DNA of 64,000 nucleotides from an uncultured candidate division Zixibacteria bacterium (lineage in GTDB: Bacteria; Zixibacteria; MSB-5A5; UBA10806; 4484-95), in assembly GCA_963668625.2 (NCBI GenBank), contig CAXXKA010000006.1:608001-672000 (forward strand), read 5' to 3'. A model generated the notes under the pieces. It was not told where the DNA came from, did not search any database, and saw only the letters and a list, made by a program, of their open reading frames with translations. This document shows positions 26,422 through 36,977 of the stretch, piece after piece. The position numbers were made by a program, and so were the translations under genes. The stretch's first letter is position 1; each line of letters opens with the position of its first letter.

Positions 26422-27204
26422 ATGTCGTTGTTGCAGCTTTCAGCCCTCGAATTTGAAAAGCTACTGTTAGTCATCCTGCGAGTAGGTGGGATTATGACAG
26501 TTGCGCCTATGTTTGGCCATCGCAATGTGCCATCAATGGTAAAACTAGGTTTGATTTTATTAATCAGCCTTATTCTTCTTCCCACGGTAACTACCTCGGT
26601 TGACCTGCCGCCGAATTTACTTTCCATGGTTGCTATACTGGCAAAGGAAGTAATGGCCGGCCTGGCAATTGGGTTCACCTCGCTACTGATTTTTATCGCC
26701 ATACAGTTTGCCGGCAATCTCATCGGTATGCAGATGGGCTTCGGTATCGTAAACGTACTCGATCCCAACTCGCAAACACAGGTGCCGCTTATCGGGCAGC
26801 TTCAGTTTTTGCTGGCGATGCTTATATTTCTGGCGCTTGACGGCCATCACATGCTGCTTTCGGCCATAACCGGTAGTTTTCATATCATACCGTTGGGCGA
26901 GATCACCTTCACGCATCTCACCAGCGAGGTGTTGGTAAGGGCGGTGGTTGGCTCGCTGGCGCAGGGGATAAAGCTGGGCGCGCCGTGTATCGTAACGTTG
27001 TTTTTACTTGATGTCTCCCTGGGTATAGTTGCCAGAACCGTACCCCAGATGAACATATTCATTATTGGTTTCCCATTAAAAATCTCTGTTGGGCTTTTCA
27101 TGTTAGGCGCCTCGATGCCGATCGTGGGCTATGTTTTTTCCAAGCTTCTGCAGGGATTGAACTCGGACCTTAACAATTTAATTTTGGCCATGAGGCCGGC
27201 GTAG
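26422..27204 (+). CDS. fliR: Flagellar export gate FliR
   Basis: AGNLIGMQMGF, LDGHH, ARTVPQMNIFIIGFPLKI; ATG 26422 follows an AAGGAG RBS. Confidence 0.95.
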   Translation: MSLLQLSALEFEKLLLVILRVGGIMTVAPMFGHRNVPSMVKLGLILLISLILLPTVTTSVDLPPNLLSMVAILAKEVMAGLAIGFTSLLIFIAIQFAGNLIGMQMGFGIVNVLDPNSQTQVPLIGQLQFLLAMLIFLALDGHHMLLSAITGSFHIIPLGEITFTHLTSEVLVRAVVGSLAQGIKLGAPCIVTLFLLDVSLGIVARTVPQMNIFIIGFPLKISVGLFMLGASMPIVGYVFSKLLQGLNSDLNNLILAMRPA

Positions 27205-27206
27205 TT

Positions 27207-28271
27207 ATGGCGGAACAACACAGTCAAGACGAAAAAACCGAACAGGCGACACCCCGGCGACGGGAAGATTCGCGAAAGAAAGGTCAGGTAGCAAAATCAC
27301 AGGAGCTCAGCTCCGTGTTTATTATTTTGACCGGCGTCGTCGCGCTAGGCATTTTCTACAATAATCTGCTGACCGGATTCGCTGGAGCGTTCCAGTATAA
27401 TTTCAGCAAACTAGGAACCGAAATCACACCGACTAATTTCTATGAGCTATTCCTGACCAATGGTAATACGCTGATCGGGATTTTAGCGCCGGTACTTCTG
27501 ATGCTGGCCGTGGTCGCTATCCTTATCAATATTGCCCAGGTGGGATTCATGATCTCACTCGAGTCGATCCAACCGAAATTGGAAAAACTGAATCTCCTGA
27601 AAGGCTTGAAACGCATTTTCTCGATGCGAACTTTATTCAATTTTTTCAGGGATTCGATCAAAATAGCCATCATAGCCACTATCGTTTATTTCACATACAA
27701 ATCAGAAATGGTGAATTTCATCCCGCTGGCCGATCAGGAACTCGGGCAGATGATTACGTTTATGGGTAAGACCGCCCTGAAGATCGTCCTGCGTGCTTCA
27801 CTGGCGCTCCTGTTTTTAGCCGCTCTCGATTATGCCTACCAAAAATACGAACACGAGAAGAGCATGAAGATGACCAAGCAAGAGGTCAAGGATGAGATGA
27901 AGCAGATGGATGGTGATCCGATGATCAAGATGCGGATCAAGCGTATCCAGCGCGAGATGGCTCGCCAGAGAATGCTTCAAGAGGTTGAAACAGCCGACGT
28001 GGTGGTCACCAACCCGACTCACCTGGCGGTTGCCCTGAAATACGATTCCGATAACATGGCCGCGCCGATGGTAGTGGCTAAGGGACAACGTTTAATAGCC
28101 CAGAAAATCAAAGAAGTCGCAAAAGAGGCCGGCGTGCCGGTTGTCGAAAATAAACCGTTGGCGCAAGCATTATACAAGTCTGTCGAGGTCGGTATGGCGA
28201 TACCCGCCAAGCTGTTCAAAGCGGTTGCCGAGGTGCTGGCTTATGTGTACAAGTTGAAAGGTAAAGCCTGA
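27207..28271 (+). CDS. flhB: Flagellar export protein FlhB
   Basis: EKTEQATPRR, KMTKQEVKDE, NPTH autocleavage motif. Confidence 0.97.
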   Translation: MAEQHSQDEKTEQATPRRREDSRKKGQVAKSQELSSVFIILTGVVALGIFYNNLLTGFAGAFQYNFSKLGTEITPTNFYELFLTNGNTLIGILAPVLLMLAVVAILINIAQVGFMISLESIQPKLEKLNLLKGLKRIFSMRTLFNFFRDSIKIAIIATIVYFTYKSEMVNFIPLADQELGQMITFMGKTALKIVLRASLALLFLAALDYAYQKYEHEKSMKMTKQEVKDEMKQMDGDPMIKMRIKRIQREMARQRMLQEVETADVVVTNPTHLAVALKYDSDNMAAPMVVAKGQRLIAQKIKEVAKEAGVPVVENKPLAQALYKSVEVGMAIPAKLFKAVAEVLAYVYKLKGKA

Positions 28272-30358
28272 TGCCAGAGATTAAAACCAGTAGTTCGATC
28301 CTAGCGAAGATCACCGAGTACTCGGATATAGTACTGGCAGTGGCGGTTGTCGCCATATTGGCTATTCTAATTCTGCCGTTACCCCCGGCGTTTCTGGATT
28401 TCATGCTGGCGTTCAATATCACGCTCTCACTGGTAATTCTTCTGGTAACGATGTATATCAAGCGTCCGCTGGAGCTTTCGGTATTTCCGGGATTGCTTTT
28501 GATTATCACCTTATTCAGGCTGTCTTTGAACGTCGCCTCAACCCGTTTAATTTTGGGCAGCGCATATGCGGGTGATGTTATCGCCTCGTTCGGTAATTTC
28601 GTCGTTGGCGGTAATTACGTAGTCGGTTTCATTATCTTCGCTATTTTGGTGATTATCCAGTTCGTGGTTATCACCAAGGGCGCGGGCCGTATTGCCGAGG
28701 TGGCCGCCAGGTTTACTCTGGATGCCATGCCGGGTAAGCAGATGGCTATCGACGCCGATTTGAACGCCGGTCTGATAAGCGAGTCCGACGCCAAGCAACG
28801 CCGTTCGGATATCAGTCAGGAGGCTGATTTCTACGGAGCAATGGACGGCGCCTCGAAGTTCGTTCGGGGTGATGCTATCGCCGGTATCTTGATCACACTG
28901 ATTAACGTCATCGGTGGTATAGTTATCGGCGTGGTCCAGCGCGATATGCCGGTAAGTCAGGCTTTAACCACCTACACACTGCTGACAGTCGGTGACGGAC
29001 TGGTTACGCAGATACCCGCCCTGATCGTATCGACCTCGGCAGGTATCGTGGTAACGCGCGCAGCATCCGACTCCAACCTTGGTAAAGACTTAACCCGGCA
29101 AATTACGTTACAACCCCGTGCGATCATGATTGCCTCGATGATATTGACCCTGTTCGGTATAGTTCCCGGCATGCCAACGCTGCCGTTTATCCTCCTTGGT
29201 GGAATAACCGGAGCGATAGCTTACACCTCCATACAGGCAATGAAGAAAGATGAGGCAAAGGCCGAAGAGGTAATCGCTGAGGAGAAAGAGAAAGAGATTC
29301 CTCCACCCGAGAAAATGGAGGAATATCTGAAAGTAGATCCGATGGAGATCGAAATCGGATACGCTCTTATTCCTCTCGTTGATGTTTCGATGGGTACGGA
29401 TCTGCTCGACAGGATCAGCATGATCAGGCGGCAGATAGCCTCCGAGATGGGATTCTTAGTACCGCCCATTCGTATCCGCGACAATATGCAGTTAAAACCG
29501 AACGAATATCAGATAAAAATTCGCGGTCACAAGATGGCATCCTCGGAGTTGTATCCCGGACAATTACTGGCTATCAATCCCGGATTCGTAACCAGGCAAA
29601 TAGACGGTTCCGAGGTGCTCGAACCGGCGTTCGGTCTTCAGGGCAAATGGATAAGCGAAGGTATGAAATCGCAGGCGGAGTCACGCGGCTATACGGTAGT
29701 CGAACCGGCGGCTGTTTTAGCCACTCATTTGACCGAGCTTATCAAATTGCATGCCTCTGAATTCATCACCCGCCAGGAGGCCGCCAATCTGATTGAGAAT
29801 ATCAGGGCCGAACAATCGGCCTTGGTCGAAGAGATCATTCCCGGACAGGTTACTATAAGTATCATACAGAAAATTCTCCAGAACCTGCTCGAGGAAAGAA
29901 TTCCGATTCTGGATCTACCGCTCATCCTGGAAACTATCGGCGATTACGCGTCATCCACGAAAGACCCCGATATACTCACCGAGTATTGCCGTCACAATTT
30001 GAGCCGCACCATAACCGAGCAGTATCTGAATTCGGTAGGCGGTTTAACCGTAATGACTCTCGATCCCGAATTCGAACAGATAGTTTCGCAAGCGATTCAG
30101 CAAACCAAGCATGGCTTGATATTGACATTACCTCCGGAAGTGGCCGCGCAAGCGCATAAGGCGCTGTCATTGGGTACCGAGGAGATGCAGGCTCAGGGGT
30201 ATATACCGCTTATTCTGGCGGCGCCTAATATCAGGCTGGTATTAAAGCGATTCACAAAGCCTATCGATTCGACATTGGCGGTGATATCGTACAATGAAAT
30301 TCTTCCGGAAATAGAAGTTGAAAGCATAAAAACTGTGAGGTTGACAGATGGTAATTAA
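28271..30358 (+). CDS. flhA: Flagellar export protein FlhA
   Basis: RIAEVAARFTLDAMPGKQMAIDADL, FYGAMDGASKFVRGD. Confidence 0.98.
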   Translation: MPEIKTSSSILAKITEYSDIVLAVAVVAILAILILPLPPAFLDFMLAFNITLSLVILLVTMYIKRPLELSVFPGLLLIITLFRLSLNVASTRLILGSAYAGDVIASFGNFVVGGNYVVGFIIFAILVIIQFVVITKGAGRIAEVAARFTLDAMPGKQMAIDADLNAGLISESDAKQRRSDISQEADFYGAMDGASKFVRGDAIAGILITLINVIGGIVIGVVQRDMPVSQALTTYTLLTVGDGLVTQIPALIVSTSAGIVVTRAASDSNLGKDLTRQITLQPRAIMIASMILTLFGIVPGMPTLPFILLGGITGAIAYTSIQAMKKDEAKAEEVIAEEKEKEIPPPEKMEEYLKVDPMEIEIGYALIPLVDVSMGTDLLDRISMIRRQIASEMGFLVPPIRIRDNMQLKPNEYQIKIRGHKMASSELYPGQLLAINPGFVTRQIDGSEVLEPAFGLQGKWISEGMKSQAESRGYTVVEPAAVLATHLTELIKLHASEFITRQEAANLIENIRAEQSALVEEIIPGQVTISIIQKILQNLLEERIPILDLPLILETIGDYASSTKDPDILTEYCRHNLSRTITEQYLNSVGGLTVMTLDPEFEQIVSQAIQQTKHGLILTLPPEVAAQAHKALSLGTEEMQAQGYIPLILAAPNIRLVLKRFTKPIDSTLAVISYNEILPEIEVESIKTVRLTDGN

Positions 30359-31553
30359 AAAATTCATCGCCCCGACAATGCCCGAGGCTTTGGCCAAGGT
30401 AAAGAAAGAGCTGGGCGAGGATGCTGTCATTCTTAAAACAAGGATGAACAAAAAAGGAGGAGCCGGTAACGGTAAAAATGTTGAAGTAACCGCGGCTGTT
30501 GAAAAGGAGCAAAAGCCTCGTTTCAATGTTTCGAATGAAACTGTTAATATCGAGCCGAAGGAGAGCAGAATACCAGGTTCGGCAAAGACCGAAACCCAGC
30601 CATCGGGCGACATGCCCTCCGAGAAACTCGAGCAATTATCAAAAGAGATAGCTAATCTCAAACAATCGTTTTCAGAACAAAACAAAACCCGCCCGGCAGG
30701 TTCGTTTTTCGGAAGTTTTTCCTCCGAGATGCTGACTGTCGGCAGGGAGTTGATGGCAAAAAATCTTTCAGAGGAACTGGCGTTCAAAGTGGTTTCGCGG
30801 ATATCGAACTCCGAGGATGGTTTCGGGCTGGATAAAAACGAGATAGCTGCCAGGGTAACTCAAACTCTGTGTTCAATGATCCCCGACGGTCATCCTATCA
30901 GGCTAAAAGACAATGGCCCTACGGTGGTGATGTTCATCGGTATGGCAGGTTCGGGCAAAACCTCGGCGATCGCCAGGGTGGCGACTCAGTTCAAGGTAGA
31001 GCAAAATCGAAAGGTGGCAATAGTCACCACCGATAATTACCGCGCCGATTCGAGCCATCAGGTGAAATCGTTCTGCCGAATTTTAGGCTGCCCCTGTGGT
31101 ATCGTCTATACACCCGAGGAACTGTCCATGGCGATTAAGTCACAGCCGGAGGGATTGATTTTAGTCGATACAGCCGGAGTGAGTCCCAATGACGATAAGG
31201 AACTGGGAGAGCTCCATTCGCTTATCAGGGCTGCCAACCTTCATGAGCTGCACCTGGTAGCGGCCGCCTCGACGCCGAGTAGAGATATTCATCGTTTGAT
31301 AAGCACTTTCGATGAATTCGGTATCGATAGAATCCTCATCACCAAGCTGGATGAGACTCAAGCGCCCGGCGGCGTGATCACCGCCGCAATCGAGTCCGGC
31401 AAGAAACTCTCGTACATGAGTGGTTCGCGCGAGATACCCGGTAAATTCAATATTGCCTCCAGCGAATCACTGGCCGACATACTCACCTCCGTGAAGACAA
31501 CTGAGATTAGCGAACCGGAATGGGAAATGGAAGCGGTCGGTATATGGCAGTAG
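30348..31553 (+). CDS. flhF: SRP-type GTPase FlhF
   Basis: KELGEDAVIL N-terminus; GMAGSGKT, DTAG, TKLDE. Confidence 0.92.
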   Translation: MVIKKFIAPTMPEALAKVKKELGEDAVILKTRMNKKGGAGNGKNVEVTAAVEKEQKPRFNVSNETVNIEPKESRIPGSAKTETQPSGDMPSEKLEQLSKEIANLKQSFSEQNKTRPAGSFFGSFSSEMLTVGRELMAKNLSEELAFKVVSRISNSEDGFGLDKNEIAARVTQTLCSMIPDGHPIRLKDNGPTVVMFIGMAGSGKTSAIARVATQFKVEQNRKVAIVTTDNYRADSSHQVKSFCRILGCPCGIVYTPEELSMAIKSQPEGLILVDTAGVSPNDDKELGELHSLIRAANLHELHLVAAASTPSRDIHRLISTFDEFGIDRILITKLDETQAPGGVITAAIESGKKLSYMSGSREIPGKFNIASSESLADILTSVKTTEISEPEWEMEAVGIWQ

Positions 31554-32296
31554 ATAAAGTGTTAGGTGTGGCCGTACTTTCGGGCAAAGGCGGAGTCGGT
31601 AAGTCCGTAATCGCCCTTAACCTCGCTCTGGCGATGGGGAAGTTCGGCGTACGTACGCTTCTATTCGATGCGGGCGGCGGAGACTTGAACCATCTTGCCA
31701 ACTGTGGCGCGACCGAGGGCTTTAAAGGTATCAAGCCGGTTATAAACATTGGTGAAAATGTCGGACTATACAATTCAATGATAGACGATTCCTACTCGAT
31801 ATTGTCCGAGGAGGAAATAGAGCTTTTCCTGAGCGAGATAGTCAAAGCATCCAGTGGTTACGATTGCGTGGTGTTCGACAGCTTGACCGGCGCCGGTCCG
31901 GTGTCCTACACGCTGGCCGGCTTATCGGATTTGTCGATGCTGGTTACTACGGCTGATCCGACGGCGATTGCCAGCGCCTACGCTCTGGCTAAGGCGCTTC
32001 ACCAGGATGGCTTAGCCACGCGCTGCGGAGTGCTTTTCAATATGGTAAAGTCCGCGGATGAGGCAGCCTCGCTCAAAACAAGGTTCGATATCTTAACCGA
32101 ACGTTTCATCAACAGTAAATTTGAACAATCAGACTACATCCATAACGATTCGCTTTTGGCTGAATCGGTGATTGAACAACAACCGCTATTAACGAGTGGT
32201 AAAGGCAGTCCGGCGGCTTCGGATTTCTTGAGAATTGCGAGCATATTCAAGCAATCCGCACGGTTTCATACTGAAACATCAATATTAAAAAGTTAA
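31544..32296 (+). CDS. flhG: MinD/ParA-family flagellar number regulator FlhG/FleN (divergent)
   Basis: SGKGGVGKS deviant Walker A; between flhF and fliA; ATG 31544 preferred. Confidence 0.82.
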   Translation: MAVDKVLGVAVLSGKGGVGKSVIALNLALAMGKFGVRTLLFDAGGGDLNHLANCGATEGFKGIKPVINIGENVGLYNSMIDDSYSILSEEEIELFLSEIVKASSGYDCVVFDSLTGAGPVSYTLAGLSDLSMLVTTADPTAIASAYALAKALHQDGLATRCGVLFNMVKSADEAASLKTRFDILTERFINSKFEQSDYIHNDSLLAESVIEQQPLLTSGKGSPAASDFLRIASIFKQSARFHTETSILKS

Positions 32297-32338
32297 GCCG
32301 TTTAACGAGATGATAGGGAAAGGGTCGATAAAATAACA

Positions 32339-33133
32339 ATGAGTGGAAAACGCTTAGTTCTACAGAGGAAGTCTATGGCTAATCAAACAGTTTGGGAAAA
32401 TTACAAAAAAACTATGGATCCCGTAGTTAGGGATAAGCTCCTGAAGGAATACCTTCAACTGGTTAGAAACGTAGCCAGCAGAATGGCCGCCGGTTTTCCG
32501 AAATCTGTCGAGTACAACGATTTGGTAAACACCGGTGTTATCGGCTTGATCGAGGCATTCAACAATTACGATCCGGCTCGCGGCGTAAAGTTCGAAACGT
32601 ATGCCGTGCCGCGTATCAGGGGAGCTATTCTCGATGAACTCAGAGCGCTGGATTGGGTTCCGCGCTCGACCAGGGCGAAATCGAGAGAGATAGACAGGGC
32701 TAAAACGAAGCTCGAAAATACTCTCGGAAGATCGCCCAATAAAACGGAGCTTGCCAAGCAGCTCGATATGAATACCGATGAATTGTTGTCGGCGCTAGGT
32801 GATGTTTCATCGACGATGCTTTTGTCTCTCGATGAGCTCATCTGCCGTGAGGATGATAACCGTCAAGTACCGAGAATCGAGACTGTGCAAAATCAAGCAA
32901 ATGAAAACGTGTTAAATGATTTGGAAAGGTCTGAACTGCGAGCGTTTTTGATCAACTCGATCAGTTCGTTATCCGAACAGGAACGTTTGGTAGTTGCCCT
33001 TTACTATTACGAGGAACTGACTCTCAAGGAGATAGGCGAGGTCATGCTGATCTCCGAATCGAGGGTTTCCCAGATACACACCAAGTCGGTGCAACGTCTG
33101 AGAGGCTTGATCAGGGAGAAGTTCGCTCTTTAG
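32339..33133 (+). CDS. fliA: Flagellar sigma factor sigma28 (FliA/WhiG)
   Basis: KFETYAVPRIRGAILDELRALDWVPRS; YYYEELTLKEIGEV..SESRVSQIH. Confidence 0.96.
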   Translation: MSGKRLVLQRKSMANQTVWENYKKTMDPVVRDKLLKEYLQLVRNVASRMAAGFPKSVEYNDLVNTGVIGLIEAFNNYDPARGVKFETYAVPRIRGAILDELRALDWVPRSTRAKSREIDRAKTKLENTLGRSPNKTELAKQLDMNTDELLSALGDVSSTMLLSLDELICREDDNRQVPRIETVQNQANENVLNDLERSELRAFLINSISSLSEQERLVVALYYYEELTLKEIGEVMLISESRVSQIHTKSVQRLRGLIREKFAL

Positions 33134-33171
33134 GAAGTAAGCTAACCCGAAAGGATTTGACCGGAGGTGTT

Positions 33172-33495
33172 ATGGTTAGACCGGTCGACTTGCAGGATAA
33201 CCTATCCAAAACTCAGCTTTTGGAAAAGGTTCACCAGTTACAGAAGTCCACTCCAGAAGAGTCGCAAAAACAATTCGCCCAGGAATTGCAAAAGAAAGTT
33301 GCCGAGGGTAAGGAGCGCGTAACCGATCTGCCTAAATCCGATAAGATCACTATCAATCGGGACGACAAGCGCAAGGAAGAAAAACGACAACAGGCGAAAA
33401 AAGAAAATGAAGAAGAACAGGCCGATGAGAGTTCATCGGGAACGACTAACGATTCGGATCAAAACGAAAAGAAGAAGATAGATTATATAGCGTAA
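33172..33495 (+). CDS. Hypothetical charged flagellar-associated protein
   Basis: GGAGG RBS before ATG 33172; RPVDLQ N-terminus; ends IDYIA. Confidence 0.7.
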   Translation: MVRPVDLQDNLSKTQLLEKVHQLQKSTPEESQKQFAQELQKKVAEGKERVTDLPKSDKITINRDDKRKEEKRQQAKKENEEEQADESSSGTTNDSDQNEKKKIDYIA

Positions 33496-33504
33496 GGAGG
33501 AAGT

Positions 33505-33909
33505 ATGTTTTTTGAATATATATGGATTATAACGGCGATAGTAGTAGCCAACCTGGCATTATCGATTGTTATACTATCTAAAATGCACAAGCAGGAGCAA
33601 TTCCACACCAGTGAAGCTCACGCCAATCTCAAGCTGATCAACCAGTCATTGAATCGCCTTTCTGATATCGCTGAGAAGCTGGAAAATCTGGAAAAACCGG
33701 AACCGGTTATCGAAAAACAGGTGTACAGCCGCGACCGGAATAACGGACAGAATAAAGAGCAAAAAGCCCTCACAATGATAAGGCAGGGAGAGGATCCGAG
33801 GAAAATCGGCCGATTGCTTGGTATATCCAAATCAGAAATCGATCTTTTGATAGCCTCGGAAAAGCTTGGCAATACACGCTTTAGCAATTCAGCAAAAGCT
33901 CATGTTTAG
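33505..33909 (+). CDS. Membrane-anchored protein with C-terminal HTH-like motif (DUF2802-like)
   Basis: N-terminal TM; ALTMIRQGEDPRKIGRLLGISKSEIDLL. Confidence 0.65.
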   Translation: MFFEYIWIITAIVVANLALSIVILSKMHKQEQFHTSEAHANLKLINQSLNRLSDIAEKLENLEKPEPVIEKQVYSRDRNNGQNKEQKALTMIRQGEDPRKIGRLLGISKSEIDLLIASEKLGNTRFSNSAKAHV

Positions 33910-33917
33910 TATGTCTA

Positions 33918-33944
33918 TTCAGGAATAACCGGCTTTGCCGATAC
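33918..33944 (+). promoter_or_regulatory. sigma28-like promoter
   Basis: TTCA-N15-GCCGATAC upstream of 33978. Confidence 0.4.
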
Positions 33945-33977
33945 AATTAGGGAAACTATATATAGAGGGTTAGATAG

Positions 33978-35159
33978 ATGAGCAAAGCACAAGAACCATT
34001 TTTTTATACCGAGCTGGAGTGCCCGGTGTGTAAAACCGTTAACAAATTCGAGAATATCAGAAACGGCGCTTATACCGAAAGCGGACGGGACAGGGATTTC
34101 AAGCCGACTGGCAGAACATGGGTCGATCCGGCTTACCAGAAATTCGATCCCCTTTTATTTTTCATGGCAACTTGCCAGAAATGTTTTTACACCAGGGAGT
34201 TTAATAACGAATTCAAAAACTGGCAAAAAGACAGCTCGTTCAAAACCTATCGTCAAAAAAACATACAGCAAAAACACCTCTCAGACCTGGCCGATAAAAA
34301 TGGTATCATTTTATTTTTGGGCTCGAAACTCGACCAGAGTACTTTTCCATTCGAAACGGCTGTAATTAAATTATTACTCGGTATTTATGATGCTAAATTC
34401 AGCGGGCGGAAAGTCAATCTCGATATCGGAAGGTATTTCTTGAGAATCGCCTGGCTGTTCAGGGATAGAAACGGCGGAACAGGTTCGCAAATATCCCAAA
34501 ATGCCAGACTGTTCCAGGAATTAAAAGGCGCCGCCCAGGTGGCCAATCAACTCGTGCCTAATTATGATGCGAAAGTCAGTAGTATAAAAAATATGATAAA
34601 TAAAGATTTCAGTTCCGCTTTTAGCGATACCCCGGAAGCCGAGGAACATAAAAAGCAGATCGAGGAAGTTATTGCCAACATGTCCGCCTCTATCGGTCCG
34701 TTGGCGGAAGCAGGTTCCAAGCTTATCGACCTGTTCAAGAACGCCGAAAAATCTCTCACCGGCCAGGAGGCAGTGGATGAGGACAAGTTCTTCGATTACC
34801 CGGGATTTACCACATTTCTTGAAACGGCCAAAGGTAAATGGGATGAAGTCCCTGTTAACGAGGCCGAGGCGATGCAAAAAGCAGCTGAATATTATCAGAA
34901 AGCATACGAAACCGGCGGCGAAATTAGCCAGGGTATTCAGCAAGTACAAGCCGCTTACCTTATCGCAGAACTGTACCGCCGTGTAGGGCAACGCGATGAG
35001 GCCGGGCAGTATTTTAACCAGACTATTAAGATGGGCAGAGATATCGTTATGGGCAAGAAAGGCGACGCCTCGACTGTCAACTACACCAAGAATCTATTGG
35101 AGATGGCAATGGAGCAGGCGAGGTTGAACAAAAGCGAAGCCGGGGGAGAGGCAAAATGA
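33978..35159 (+). CDS. DUF2225-like zinc-ribbon/TPR protein
   Basis: CPVC, CQKC, LRIAWLFR, YLIAELYRRVG..EA..YF motifs. Confidence 0.75.
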   Translation: MSKAQEPFFYTELECPVCKTVNKFENIRNGAYTESGRDRDFKPTGRTWVDPAYQKFDPLLFFMATCQKCFYTREFNNEFKNWQKDSSFKTYRQKNIQQKHLSDLADKNGIILFLGSKLDQSTFPFETAVIKLLLGIYDAKFSGRKVNLDIGRYFLRIAWLFRDRNGGTGSQISQNARLFQELKGAAQVANQLVPNYDAKVSSIKNMINKDFSSAFSDTPEAEEHKKQIEEVIANMSASIGPLAEAGSKLIDLFKNAEKSLTGQEAVDEDKFFDYPGFTTFLETAKGKWDEVPVNEAEAMQKAAEYYQKAYETGGEISQGIQQVQAAYLIAELYRRVGQRDEAGQYFNQTIKMGRDIVMGKKGDASTVNYTKNLLEMAMEQARLNKSEAGGEAK

Positions 35160-35926
35160 ACAAAGCGAAATCGAAACAAACACCTAAAAGTATGTTAAGG
35201 CTATGGGAAAGATTGGAAATCGAATATTCCAATCAGGATCAAGTCACTGAATATGTGTCTCGTATCGAGGATTTCGATAAAAACCTGCTGGTTATAGAAA
35301 AACCCGTCCGCCTATCAGGAAACAAGCAGCTTAACTCCGGTGATCGTATTGATGTAACTTTCAATCGTGATGACGCCGCCTACAGATTCGAGGCGCTTAT
35401 CGTATCTATCGATGCTAATCGCGAGGACATAATGACGATTAAAGCCGTCTCGGGAATCAATCGTTCCCAACGGCGGCGGTTCGTAAGAATCGATATTGCC
35501 GGAGAGGTGGCTTTCAAGGTGGTCAGGATGACCGCCGACAGCGAACCGGAATTGAGCCTGAATCTAAAAGGCGAGCTATTGAATATATCTGCAGGCGGCA
35601 TACTTCTAAACACGGATGCCTCTTTAAAGCGTGATAATTTAGTACTTCTGAATTTTTGGCTTAAAAACAGCCAACGATTGGAGAACGTTCTCGGCGTGGT
35701 CAAACGTCACGAACAGGCTACGGATGACGAGAACGAACGGGTGGAATATTTAACCGGTATAGAGTTTCTTACCAAGGATCAAGCCGCGAGCAAGCTGGCC
35801 CTGGATATCAATGAAGTTCTGCCGTCATCCGTTAATTTCTTCGATGAAGCTCTTCAGCAGGCTATTGTCCAGTTCGTATACAGGCAGCAGGTTGAGAGCA
35901 GAAAGCATGTAAAAGTAAAATCATGA
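35156..35926 (+). CDS. YcgR/PilZ-type c-di-GMP-binding flagellar brake protein
   Basis: QRRRFVR (RxxxR) and NISAGG (D/NxSxxG) motifs. Confidence 0.9.
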   Translation: MNKAKSKQTPKSMLRLWERLEIEYSNQDQVTEYVSRIEDFDKNLLVIEKPVRLSGNKQLNSGDRIDVTFNRDDAAYRFEALIVSIDANREDIMTIKAVSGINRSQRRRFVRIDIAGEVAFKVVRMTADSEPELSLNLKGELLNISAGGILLNTDASLKRDNLVLLNFWLKNSQRLENVLGVVKRHEQATDDENERVEYLTGIEFLTKDQAASKLALDINEVLPSSVNFFDEALQQAIVQFVYRQQVESRKHVKVKS

Positions 35927-36522
35927 GAATTTTGCTGATCCTGACGCTCGGAATAGTGTATTCACTATTCGGTACGGCGTCAGCAGGGGACATCTCTATA
36001 CACTCAGATGATTCATCGCTTGTTGATATCACCGCGTTATTCTCAGAATCAGAAATTCCGGTCGAGCCTCTCGGCAGGATTGCCGAATTTTTCTATCGTG
36101 ATTTCGAATTAAGATCGAGCCAAAAACCATATAATGTAGCGCTTATTATGAACGAATCCGATGACACCGCCCACAATAACAGCGGCCGATATATCGTAAA
36201 ATTCGATATATTGCAGAGTGGCTGGAAAGTCAATCTCGCGTTTCATATTCCGATGTTTATTTTCGTATATACTAAAAATTATGAGATTGTAGCGCAGGTT
36301 AAACTATATGACCGCAAGAGCGCCGACCCGGAAATGATAAAAAAGTATAATGTCTCGAACGAGGGGGCGCGGGTACTGCAATTTATCGATAACGATCCGA
36401 ATGTTGGCGGACTCATGATACCTTACACCGCTCAACAGGTCTTGGAACTCGAAACCGAGAAACTACTGGCCGAGAAATTATCGAAAGATATTCACGATAA
36501 AATAAAGAAGCGTGGGGGCTGA
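35923..36522 (+). CDS. Hypothetical exported protein
   Basis: Signal-peptide-like N-terminus ending ASA; translationally coupled. Confidence 0.7.
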   Translation: MRILLILTLGIVYSLFGTASAGDISIHSDDSSLVDITALFSESEIPVEPLGRIAEFFYRDFELRSSQKPYNVALIMNESDDTAHNNSGRYIVKFDILQSGWKVNLAFHIPMFIFVYTKNYEIVAQVKLYDRKSADPEMIKKYNVSNEGARVLQFIDNDPNVGGLMIPYTAQQVLELETEKLLAEKLSKDIHDKIKKRGG

Positions 36523-36952
36523 TAAAAAAATGTACAGGAAAGCACAACCTGCAAAATCTCTAATAATGAAGAAAGTGCTGATTGTCGAGCCCGATCGTTT
36601 GACGAGAATCGTACTCTCGAAGATATTATCGAACTACCTGAGTTGCGAGGTCAACATCGCCTCGAACAAACACGAGGGTGAGAGCTTTATCAGGTCGGTA
36701 GCCTACGACCTGTACGTGCTCGGTATGTCGAAAAATATCGAGGATGATTTGGATATTATCCGCCAGATACGCGATATCGATGAACGTGTACAGATAGTGG
36801 CGGTAACAGGTGATAGCTTCGATGACGATATCGAGCTTATCAAAGGAGTAGGGATCGACAAAATAGTGTACAAACCGCTAAAGCTCACGCCATTCTTAGA
36901 GATTGTGGCAGGTGCGTTCATCGAGAGCGAGCGCGTGTTTAACTATGCATGA
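36512..36952 (+). CDS. Atypical single-domain receiver (phosphoacceptor Asp absent)
   Basis: VLIVEPD, YDLYVLGM (G at the Asp position), VTG, YKP; true start may be 36530 or 36566. Confidence 0.75.
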   Translation: MGADKKMYRKAQPAKSLIMKKVLIVEPDRLTRIVLSKILSNYLSCEVNIASNKHEGESFIRSVAYDLYVLGMSKNIEDDLDIIRQIRDIDERVQIVAVTGDSFDDDIELIKGVGIDKIVYKPLKLTPFLEIVAGAFIESERVFNYA

Positions 36953-36977
36953 TATATCTACAACCAAGGAGGGTTAG

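Noticed and set aside
1954-30358. Non-flagellar type III injectisome
   Set aside because: Rod, hook, ring, motor-switch and flagellin genes are present, and no secretin or needle genes are seen.
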